NCBI RefSeq assembly: GCF_004010195.1
Contig: NC_057750.1
Span: forward strand, 316,734-337,591
DNA length: 20,858 nt
Direction of reading: 5' to 3'
Source of the DNA: Chiloscyllium plagiosum
Taxonomy: Eukaryota
Part shown: in pieces, positions 9,525 through 19,327 of the stretch
Layout of the letters: every line of letters begins with the position of its first letter
Position numbering within the stretch: position 1 is the stretch's first letter
Translations under genes and position numbers: made by a program
The notes under the pieces: generated by a model
The model's input: only the letters and a program-made list of their open reading frames with translations
What the model was told of the DNA's origin: nothing
Database searches by the model: none

Positions 9525-10570
9525 TTAGAGAGAATTGTAAGGGATAAGATTTATGAACATCTGGATAGGAATAATGTGATCAAGGATAGTCAGCATGGTT
9601 TTGTGAAGGGCAGGTCGTGCCTCACAAACCTTATTGAATTCTTTGAGAAGGTGACTAAGGAGGAGACGAGGGTAAAGCGGTAGATGTGGTGTATATGGAT
9701 TTTAGTAAGGCGTTTGATAAAGTTCCCCATGGTAGACCACTGCAAAAAATACGGAGGTATGGCATTGAGGGTGAGTTGGAGGTTTGGATTAGGAGTTGGC
9801 TGGCTGGAAGAAGACAAGAGGGTAGTATTGATGGCAAAGGTTCATCTTGGAGTGCCGTCACTAGCGGTGTTCCGCAAGGATCTGTTTTGGGACCATTGCT
9901 GTTTGTCATTTTTATAAATGACCTGGAGGAGGGGTTAGAACCCAGGTAAATAGTGTGGTGAAGAAGGTATATGGCGTACTGGCTTTTATTGGTAGAGGAA
10001 TTGAGTTCTGGAGTACTGAGGTCATGTTGCAGTTGTATAGGACTCTGGTGCGGCCACATCTGGAGTATTGTGTGCAGTTTTGGTCGCTATACTATAGGAA
10101 GGATGTGGAGGCACTGGAACTGGTGCAGAAGATGTTTACCAGGATGTTGCCTGGTATGGTAGAAAGATCGTATGAGGAAAGGGTGAGGCACTTGGGGTTG
10201 TTTTCATTGGAGAAAAGAAGGTTTAGGGGTGACTTGATAGAGGTGTATAAGATGATTAGGGGTTTAGATAGGGTCGACAGTGAGAATCTTTTTCCACGTA
10301 TGGAGTCAGTTATTACAAGGGGGCATAGCTTTAAATTAAAGGGGGGTAGGCATAGGACAGATGTTAGGGGTAGGTTCTTTACTCAGTGAGTTCGTGGAAT
10401 GCCCTGCCAGTAGCAGTGGTGGACTCTCCCTCATTATGGGCATTTAAGCGGGCATTGGATAGGCATATGGAGGATAGTGGGCTAGTGTAGGTTAGGTGGG
10501 CTTGGATCAGCGCAACATCGAGGGCTGAAGTGCCTGTACTGCGCTGTATTCTTCTATGTTCTATGTTCTA
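9525..10570 (+). mobile_element. 5'-truncated CR1 LINE (RT + 3' UTR) with an internal deletion
   Basis: [75 protein letters not shown]; (ttctatg)n tail ending 10570. Confidence 0.95.
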
Positions 10571-10739
10571 TTTTCTAACATTGATGGTGGTGTGTGACAA
10601 TGGGAACACATGAAGTGAGGCTGGAAATAGATTATTAGCAACTTTGGTTGTCCTATGCTTTCCAACACATTAAAGTATGACAATGTACTACATATGTACA
10701 AGAGGAAGGATATGCTGTTAGATTTTAAATATCTCAAGT

Positions 10740-10844
10740 GAGCAGGAATATGGCATTGAGATAAAGGATTTACCATGATCCTGTTGAATAGCAAAACAGT
10801 TTTGAAGGGCTGAGTGGCCTAGTCCAGCTCCTAATTTCTATGTT
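10740..10844 (+). mobile_element. Short degenerate CR1 3' end
   Basis: ccatgatcctgttgaatagc...gaagggctgagtggcctagtccagctcctaatttctatgtt. Confidence 0.65.
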
Positions 10845-10932
10845 ATTCTCCCACCACCCAGTCTTCATTCCAACCGACATATCAACTATGGAATATGGGT
10901 GCACTGTGTGCCCTGCTCTTGAGTAGCCATGA

Positions 10933-11147
10933 TGTGGAGGTGCTGATGTTGGACTGGGGGTGGACAAGGTCAGAAGTCACCTGACACCATGTTGGAGTCC
11001 AACAGGTTTGTTTGAAATCATGAGCTTCTGGAGTGCTGCTCCTTGATCAGGTGACCAGACTTCACCTGACAATGGGGCAGGATTCTGAAAGCTTGCGATT
11101 TCAAATAAACGTGTTGGACTATAACTTGGTGTCATGTGACTTCTGAC
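10933..11147. mobile_element. Palindromic Penelope-derived short element with two back-to-back decayed hammerhead cores
   Basis: 86-bp imperfect inverted arms 10969-11054 and 11062-11147 around a 7-bp spacer; TSD-like tcttgagt(a/g)g at 10917-10926 and 11153-11162. Confidence 0.85.
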
Positions 11148-11731
11148 ATTATTCTTGAGTGGCATGGAGGTCACTAGCATGTGGATGTTACCAGATGCCA
11201 GTCTCATTTCTGTCGGCATGGGCACAGTTCTGTAGCTTCCATTGTCTATTCTAAAGAACAATGCATCCAGCAGTGTGCTCAGAATCCAAAGTGAAAATGA
11301 CAGTATCTCAATTGAATCCCCAATGAGCCCTGCCTAACTCATTCTCATTGAAGATGTAGCAACAGAATTATAAACTGTGTCTTGTTGTGGTTAATTTTCA
11401 CTTATTTAGACTCAGCAGTTCTGTCTGCTCATCAGCTGGTTATTTGAACATGATGTAGCTGTTACAAGCATTTTATTAGATACAACACATCCCAAGTAAA
11501 CTCGTCAGCTCTAATTGGCTTTAGTATGTAAATTAGATAAAAATGCTGACAGTGCCTTTGTTAATTGGCATGAGATCATGATCACATCTTTACCCATTAG
11601 ACTGAAAGCAGTGGGCACTTTGTTGACCTCTCTCTAAGATGGACGTATTATTAAACTGTTTGTGGAATCCCCCTGTGCTGAAACCCATAATTCTTGTCTT
11701 CTGGTAACTTGCATCTATTGTTCACTGAAGG

Positions 11732-12040
11732 AAAGAAAGACTTTCATTTCCATAGCACCTTTCCCAACCTCAGGAATTCCTAAAACCCTTCACTAGCAGC
11801 AAGATAAATTTTGAAGCATAATCGTAATTATAACATCAGGTGGTAGTACAACCAATTTTCACATCGAAATATCTCTCAGTCAAAAATGTCGATTGAGTGA
11901 TGAATATTGCTCAGAATTTCAGGGAGCAATGCCTCAGTAACACACTGCAGTGTCAGTCCAGATGATGCATGCTGGTCTCTGAGGTCAGCGTTAATTCCAT
12001 AACCTCCTGCCTCAGATATAGAAAAGCTGCCCCTGAGCCT
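11732..12040 (-). mobile_element. Decayed Deu-domain SINE (SacSINE1/AmnSINE-like)
   Basis: Recognised by eye: gactttcatttccatagcacctttcccaacctcagg...tttgaagc...cctcagtaacacactgcagtgtcagtccagat...cctcctgcctcaga. Confidence 0.65.
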
Positions 12041-12254
12041 TGGGAGAGGAATTCCCTCAGTTCCTCAGTTGCTGGAGACAGTGTGTATTAAAAAAGAAAT
12101 TACACGACACAAGCTCAACACCCCAAAAATTAAATAGCAAAGGGAAGCCAAGGAGAGTGATTGTTATTTCAAAAAGGTGGAAGTGATTATGAGGTTATGA
12201 AGGTATAGGTAACATTAGCTTTGCTCTGTTGGTCACATTGTTTACTGTCAATGT

Positions 12255-12455
12255 GAAGTCCCACATTAGACTAGGGACTTGAACTTTTCCCATACTGGGG
12301 AGAGCTGTATGGTCAGACGTGACGTCCTGGAGATGAATTAAAACTAAGTCATGTCGGACTGCTCAGCTGAATGTCCAATGTTTGATCACAATATTGGAAG
12401 AACAACAAAGAGTTCTCTTGCTGTTCTCACTTGGTTAACATATACCACTGAACCA
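12255..12455 (+). mobile_element. Highly decayed Deu-domain SINE fragment
   Basis: aagtcccac...gacttga...tactggggagagctg...gaagaacaacaaagagttctc resembles the SacSINE1-like core. Confidence 0.5.
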
Positions 12456-12649
12456 CTTGTATGCAAAACAACAAGGGGCCTTCAGTGTTAGCTGCCTGCT
12501 GATGTCCTGCTATCTCAATGAAACCTTTTACAAATACGACTTCTCAATTTCTTCACTTCACTTCCTCCTTACCTAGTTTTCCTATCATGTCTCCAGTTCC
12601 TATGGTTCCATACTAAGCTAAACACAATACGTCATAACAAGACTGCTGA

Positions 12650-12946
12650 GTGGGTAGTTGGCTGCATTGTGGTATTGTCACAAGACTAATAATGCACAGA
12701 TGCTGGCTAATGTGCTGGTGAAATGCTTTGAATTTAACCACAACAGATGGTGAAATTTAAATTCAATAAAAGCTGTTCTAATGTGGCCATGTAACCATTG
12801 CCAATTGTCATAACAATCCATCTGGTTCACTAATGTCCTTTAGGGAGGGAAATCTTACCTAGTGTGGTCCACATATGACTCTAGACCCCCAGCAACGTGT
12901 TTGACATTTACCTTCCCTCTGGGCAGTTAGGGATGGACAATAAATG
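12650..12946 (+). mobile_element. tRNA-derived SINE (family undetermined), split by a CR1 insertion; tail at 14377-14428
   Basis: Core ccatctggttcactaatgtcctttagggagggaaatct...gggcagttagggatggacaataaatg continues after the LINE as taaatgctggattaccaagtgacacccacatccc plus an A-rich end. Confidence 0.75.
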
Positions 12947-14376
12947 AAAACTTGTAAATGAAAACTTAGAGGAGCTGGGATAAAGTCTTGACCAGATCAA
13001 GATTGATGAAGTTGATGGGCTAGAAATTTTGGAAAACATTAAGATTGATGAGTCCACAGGGCCAGGCCAGATTTATCCTAGGCTGCTCCGGGAAGCGAGA
13101 AAGGAGGTTTCTAAGCCGCTGGCGAGGATATTTACCTCCTCACTCTCCATGGGAGTCACACCGGAGGATTGGAAGGAGGCGAATGTTGTTCCTCTTTTCA
13201 AGAAGAGGAATAGGGAAATCCCTGGCAATTACAGTCTTACCTTAGTGGTCAGCAAAGTTTTGGAAATAATTCTAAGGGATAGGATTTATGACTATTTGGT
13301 AGAGCATAGTGTGATTAAAGGCAGCCAGCATGGCTTTGTGAGGGGCAGGTCATTCCTCACAAATCTTATTGAGTTCTTTGAGGAGGTGTCAAGACTGGTC
13401 GACGAAGGTCAAGTAGTGGATGTGGTGTGTATGGATTTCAGCAGGGCATGTGATAGGGTTCCCCATGGAAGGCTCATTCATAAAGTCAAGAAGTATGGGA
13501 TACAGGGAGATTTGGCTATCTGAATACAGAATTGGCTGGCTGACAGAAGGCAGGGAGTGGTTGGAGATGGAAAGTATTCTGCCTGGAGGTCAGTGTTAGT
13601 GGGGTCCCACAGGGCTCTGTTCTTGGGCCTCTGCCCTTTGTAGTTTTTATAAATGACTTGGATGAGGAGGTTGAGGGGTGGGTTAGTAAATTTGCAGATG
13701 ACACAAAGGTTGGAGGTGTCGTCGATAATATAGAGGGCTACTGCAGGCTGCAGCGTGACATAGACAGGATGCAGAGCTGGGCTGAGAAATGGCAGATGGA
13801 GTTCAACCTGGATAAATGAGAAGTGATGATTTTGGAAGGTCAAACTCGAATGCTGAAATTAGGATTAAAGACAGGATTCTTGACAGTGTGGAGGAACAGA
13901 GGGATCTTGGTGTGCAAGTACATAGATCCCTCAAAGTTGCCACCCAAGTGGATAGGGTTGTCAAGAAAGCAGATGGTGTTTTGGCTTTCATTATCAGGGG
14001 GATCGAGTTTAAGAGCCGTGAGGTTTTGCTGCAGCTCTACAAGTCCCTGGTGAGATCACNNNNNNNNNNNNNNNNNNNNNNNNNNNNNNNNNNNNNNNNN
14101 NNNNNNNNNNNNNNNNNNNNNNNNNNNNNNNNNNNNNNNNNNNNNNNNNNNNNNNNNNNNNNNNNNNNNNNNNNNNNNNNNNNNNNNNNNNNNNNNNNNN
14201 TGGTGGAAGCAGAGTCATTGGGGACATTTAAGCGACTGCTGGACATGCACTTGGAGAGCAGTGAGTTGAGGGGTGCGTGGGTTAAGTTACTATATTTTAC
14301 ATTAGGATTAAATCCTGGCACAATATCGTGGGCCAAAGGGCCTGTTCTGTGCTGTACTTTTCTATGTTCTATGTAC
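12947..14376 (+). mobile_element. 5'-truncated CR1 LINE ORF2 remnant, same subfamily as 1-2450 (contains gap 14060-14200)
   Basis: [58 protein letters not shown]; (ttctatg)n tail; taaatg duplicated at 12941-12946 and 14377-14382. Confidence 0.95.
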
Positions 14377-14854
14377 TAAATGCTGGATTACCAAGTGACA
14401 CCCACATCCCGCAAACTAATTTAAAAAAGGGAAAAGCTGATACTCACTGCATCTTAAATGGCCCAGTGCATCATGGGAACCAATTCATTCAAGTGGATAA
14501 TAAATGTCATCACGCTAATGACATCGGGACTGAATTTGTTATCATTTCCTACACAGTGTAATCAAAACATTTTTAATTTGCACAAAATTCCCCAGTGAAT
14601 GAATGATTCAAGAAGCTTGCGTCTTTTTGGCAGTGGAGTCTGCACTGAGAAATCTTCTCATGCTCCCCCCGCCCCCATCCACCTCTCACCATTGTTCTGG
14701 GGTTGAAAGCAGTATCTCAGTTAATGCCAAGTTGATCTGAGCAATCTAATTTCCACAGAGAATCCATAACTTTCAAACTATGGAACCTGCTGAGAAATGG
14801 ATTTAATGTTTTCAAGTCTTCAGAATCACCTGGTGTTCCCCAGAATACTGTCAA

Positions 14855-15276
14855 AGAGTCATCAAGATGTACAGCATTGAAACAGATCCTTCAGTCCAAC
14901 TCGACCATATAGACCAGATATCATAAATTAATCTACTCTCATTTGCCAGCATTTGGCCCATATCCCTCTAAACCCTTCCTATTCATATACCTATCTAGAT
15001 GCCTTTTAAATGTTGTAATTGTACCAAACTCCACCACTTCCTCTGGCAGCTCATTCCATACACGCACCACCCTCTGTGTGAAAATATTGCACCTTAGCCT
15101 CTTTTAAATCTTTCTACTCTCACCCTAAACCTGTGCCCTCTATTCTGGACTCCCCTACCTTGGAGAAAAGACCTTGTCTATTTACCCTATTCATGCCTCT
15201 CATGAATTTACAAACCTCTATAAGGTCACCCCTCAGCCTCCGATGGTCCAGGGAAAATAGCCCCAGCCTATTCAGC
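14855..15276 (-). mobile_element. CR1 LINE 3' end
   Basis: gatgtacagcattgaaacagatccttcagtccaac tail; minus frame LGLFSL...LRGDLIEVCK...RGHRF; cacagagggtggtgcgtgtatggaatgagctgccagagg. Confidence 0.88.
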
Positions 15277-15354
15277 AAAAAGAGACCTTTGATTTCTCTT
15301 GAATATGTTTGCAGTTAGTAAGCTTAGTGACATGAAAAATTAGTGCACTTAACT

Positions 15355-16205
15355 ATAGTGGGGTGGATGGTCTCAGGCTACAGACTGATATCGATTAGCT
15401 GGTAAATTAGGCAGATGATGGCAGATGGAATTTAATCCAAATACATGAGAGATGATGCATTTTGGGAAGTCTAGCAAAGGAAGGATATGCATAATGAGTA
15501 TTGAGGTGCTCTGCAGAACAAAGGGATATTGGTGTACAAGATCATACATCCCTGAAGGTGTCAGCACAGGTAGACAGGCTGGGGAAGAAGGCATGAAGAT
15601 TGCTTATTTTCATTAACTGGTGCTTTGATTATAGGAGCAAGAAAGTCTTCTTACAGGTTTATAAAACATTGGTTAGGCCACAGATGGAGTTTTGTGTGCA
15701 GTTCTGGTCACCACACTATCAGAAGGCCATGATTGTGCTGGAGTTGGCACAGAGGTGATTCAACAGGATGTTGCCTGGGATGGGAAGTCTCAGTTATGAG
15801 GAGAGATCAGATAGGCTGGGTTTGTTTTCCTTACAGCAGAGGAGGCTGAGGGGAAATCTGATTGAAATATATGAAATATCAGAAGCATTCACAAAGTAGA
15901 TTGTGAGGGTTTCTACCGCCTGGCAGATGTATCTAAAACCAGAGGGCTTGGATAAGGTAAGGAGCAAGTGGTTTAGAGGAGATCTGAGAAATAATATTTT
16001 CAACTGGGGCACTGCCTGAGAGGTGGTGGAACAAGTTACACTCACAACATTCAAGTGGAGTCTGGATGAGTATTTAAAATGCCAGGGCATAGTAGGCTAT
16101 GGACCAAATGCAGGAAAATTGGATTAGTGTAGTTTGGCCTTTTTTTGATCAGCACAGACATGGTGGGCCGAAGGGCCTGTTTCAGTGCTGCATGACTCTA
16201 TGTCT
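15355..16205 (+). mobile_element. CR1 LINE RT C-terminal half + 3' end, decayed
   Basis: WQMEFNPNT, MHFGKSS, VYKTLVRPQMEFCVQFWSPHYQK, LRGNLIEIY; tail gggccgaagggcctgtttcagtgctgcatgactctatg. Confidence 0.9.
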
Positions 16206-16309
16206 CAGTGTGAAGAAATTAGTCTCGATTAATATCTCATTGGAAACTGAGCTGCTTCACTGTTGGTCATTGCTGGGATCAAAGGAGAGGAGGCGAAGAA
16301 GAGATCAGA

Positions 16310-16783
16310 CAGAGGTTTTTGCAAGAACGGCTCCAGGAATGAGAAATCTCATTTAGGAGGATGGTTGGATAAGTTGGGACTGTTCTCCTCGTGGAGACAA
16401 AAGTTGAGAGAAGATTCGATAGAAGATTTCAAAATCAGGTATAGCCTTGATTGTGTAGAGCAGAAGAAACATTTTTTCCTCAAACAAGGATTAAAAACCA
16501 GAGGGAACTGATTTCAAGTGAATTGATAAAGGAGCAAATGTAATGCCAGAGGAAGTTTTTTTTTAACACAGTGAGCATTTCAGGTCTGGAATGTGTTGCC
16601 TGGGAATGTGGTGGGGACACCTTCAGTTGAAGCATTCAAGAGGGGCATTGGATGATTATCTGGATGGAAACAGTGTGCAGGCATATGGGCAAAATGCACT
16701 GGGTAATGATACTCTTTTGAAGAGCTGGTGCAGGCACGATGGGCTGAATGGCCTCCTACCATGCTGTAACAATTCTGTGACTC
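16310..16783 (+). mobile_element. CR1 LINE 3' end, decayed
   Basis: LDKLGLFSSWRQKLREDSIEDFKI...TRGN; tail gggctgaatggcctcctaccatgctgtaacaattctgtga. Confidence 0.82.
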
Positions 16784-16932
16784 CTAAGCCAACAAAAATA
16801 AAATACTTATAAATGCAACAGAATAAAGAAAAAAACTTGTGTTTTTGGAGCAACTTCCCAAAACTATTCCAAGCCAATTAATTAGTTTGGAAGTGCAGTG
16901 GCTACTGTTGCTTCTGTAGGTATTAAGGCAGA

Positions 16933-17044
16933 GGATTTGTTGCTGTGGAATTTGTTGCTGTGGAATTTGTTGCTGTGGAATTTGCTGCTGTGGAATTTGT
17001 TGCTCTGGAATTTGCTGCTGTGGAATTTGTTGCTCTGGAATTTG
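16933..17044. repeat. Tandem repeat, about 7.5 copies of a 15-bp unit ggaatttgttgctgt
   Basis: Read directly; units start at 16933, 16947, 16962, 16977, 16992, 17007, 17022, 17037. Confidence 0.97.
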
Positions 17045-17724
17045 GATTCACAGGAAGCAGTTTACTGCAGATAGATTTAAGAGGAAATGCAGCATGTTCT
17101 GGGAAGAAAGGAATGGAGAATTAGGATGGCAAATTTAGGTGAGGAAAGGCCTGGATGGAGGAGGAATACGGATTAGTTCAAATCTCCTGTTTTTGTCCCA
17201 CATACTCTACACAATCCTACTCCCATGGACAGCAGGGAGATAAAGATATCAAGCACTTGAATTTATATAACACCTGTCACTCAAGCTGAGCGGTAGAATT
17301 TGAACGCATAGTCTCTGATTGAGATACATGGCTATTAGCAGCTGAGACCAGCTGCCAAATAAAGATGATCTAGGGAGAGATTCTCTGAGTGTTGACTATT
17401 TCCTGGGCGACCTGCCATTTCTCATAACATACGGCCAAAAGGCAAGGCTCTGTCCTGGCAGTAAGTACTTGGCACATCAGCCAGGCTCCCTTCAAAAGGA
17501 CACCAATGTAGTAAAGCGTTTGGACTGAGCACAGAGGACACAGTGGGCATGGAGTTGAATATTTTAACCTCAACAGGCTGCCTCCCTGCCAGGAAAAGAG
17601 TCTGTGAAACTAACAGCAGCTCCGAGACCACCTTCAGACTCTCTGTTACAATAATCCTACTCTGTTACAGAATCACTGTCAGCAGCAACTGTGCCAGCTC
17701 CTGTGATTTTGGCCAACTCCCCAC

Positions 17725-17970
17725 TAACAAAAACAATTATATTTATATAGCATCTTTAATTTAGCAAAATGCCCCTATGGTTTTTAACAAGAGTGTTATC
17801 AGGCAAAATTTGACACTGAAAGAAGATATTAGAGTAGGTGAAGTGGCTTAAGGAGGGAAGATGTGGAAAGGTTTGGGAATGGACCCCTAGAGCTCAGGAA
17901 GCTGAAGATCATGGTTGCCTTAACATTGAGGATGTGCATGAAGACAGAATTGGAAGAGAAACATGGTTGT
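17725..17970 (-). mobile_element. L2-like LINE 3' end fragment
   Basis: aacaattatatttatatagcatctttaat...tatcaggcaaaatttgacactga...gagctcaggaagctgaag resembles shark L2-type 3' ends; recognised by eye. Confidence 0.55.
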
Positions 17971-18417
17971 CCTGGTGCATTGTGGAACAGGAGGAACAAG
18001 TGGCAATGACAATGCAAGTAGCTGCACAGAAACAATGTCTACTCACTCCACTCTTGTGAACCAGCTTCAGAGTCTAAATCAGGATGATTCAACTAAAACT
18101 GTTGTTACATGACAACCCAAATTGACAGCAGGTTGGAGCTGATAAAGCAGAGATATGCATCTCATTTCAGATGTTCTCACCAGCACGGTGCACATTAATG
18201 AGTCTGGCATGTCAGCCTTGCCACGGCAGGCTATTATCTTCCTAGTTTCAGCTTGTGAAGCAAGAAGATGAAACATCGCTTAGAACGAGCAAGAAAACGC
18301 AAAATCACTAGAAATCTGATGCAGGACGTGTTGGTGCGAAGAACAAGCCAAGTCAACAATGCAAGAGAAATGTGGGTCACATTTTCAGGCAGGATCTTCC
18401 ATTTGGAATCGTAAAAT

Positions 18418-18615
18418 CTAAAGTCACCATTGTGCTCTCTCTCATTAGAGATAGAGCGTGAGATGACTAGTGATGGTTTAACCTGTGGGTCACCACACCT
18501 CAGGAAGGCTTGAAAAAGCAGGACCTCCATTATACTCCTGGCTGATGTGAGCATTGAACCCATGCTGTTGGTATCACACTGCATCACAAACTAGTCATTC
18601 AACTAATCAGCCCCA
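18418..18615 (-). mobile_element. Decayed tRNA-derived SINE
   Basis: Reverse-complemented B-box-like gggttcaatgc near 18551-18561 and body tttaacctgtgggtcaccacacctcagg. Confidence 0.6.
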
Positions 18616-19100
18616 CTCAGAAGACTAAAGAGTGAGTCATTCTATGGCTTACATTCAGCACTTTATCTGCTATAGGGGGCAGTGTTGCCTCTGGACTGTT
18701 TCTGGTAACCTCTGGACTGCCTGGGAGTTCTATGGCATCTGAGAGATGAACAAATCCAGGAGATGAATCCCTTTAAATTGAGCCACAACAAGCAGCAGAG
18801 CCCTTGCTTCAGCGTGGGCCTATAACTTGTGCGTGTTCTGATCAATAATCAGCACATAACAGATACAGCTGCTTTCAGAGCAAAGAGCATCAGAGATTAT
18901 TTCATCCATGATTAACCAATAAACAAGGAAACTGATGAGTCAGACTAACAACAGTGAGAGTGTTGTGAAGACAATACCCCCCAGAGTTGTCAATCCTCAA
19001 CAGGCTATTTTTAAATTTTTAAAATATCCTTGATTCATAAAAAAAGCTTTATATACACATATAATCACCAGAGCACATTGTTCTGTACAGTCTTTACACA

Positions 19101-19239
19101 GGGTAAAAACAATGTCTGCAGATGCTGGAAACCAGATTCTGGATCAGTGGTGCTGGAAGAGCACAGCAGTTCAGGCAGCATCCGAGGAGCTTCGAAATCG
19201 ACGTTTCGGGCAAAAGCCCTTCATCAGGAATAAAGGCAG
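19101..19239 (-). mobile_element. Penelope-derived terminal fragment (single arm)
   Basis: Homologous to the reverse complement of 6507-6616 (gctggaagagcacagcagttcaggcagcatccgaggagc...tcgacgtttcgggcaaaagcccttcatcagg). Confidence 0.85.
19195..19231 (-). ncRNA. Minimal hammerhead ribozyme motif with intact core
   Basis: Minus strand CUGAUGA-a-GGGC(uuuu)GCCC-GAAAC-GUC. Confidence 0.72.
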
Positions 19240-19327
19240 CGACACTCTTTCTTCCTGGTCTGCCAACATAAAGAAACAAAACTGTGAACTTTTGGGAACT
19301 CAGCTTGCTGTCTCTTGTGTACTAACT

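Noticed and set aside
13816..14379. ORFs spanning 14060-14200
   Set aside because: Extended by the N gap; the real content is decayed CR1 RT
16933..17044. Regular repeats resembling a CRISPR array
   Set aside because: Head-to-tail 15-mers with no unique spacers, eukaryotic context, no cas genes
17370..17764. Overlapping 67-73 aa ORFs and a plus-strand gtaagt donor at 17461
   Set aside because: Frames on both strands are equally plausible, with no consistent stop-free acceptor/donor pair and no recognisable protein
18268..18414. Short basic plus-strand ORF MKHRLERARKRKITRNLMQDVLVRR...
   Set aside because: Only 48 codons, no recognisable family and no supporting exon structure
18932..18950. 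ctgatgagtcagactaac as a hammerhead
   Set aside because: No GAAA box after the putative stem II and the loop is a single base
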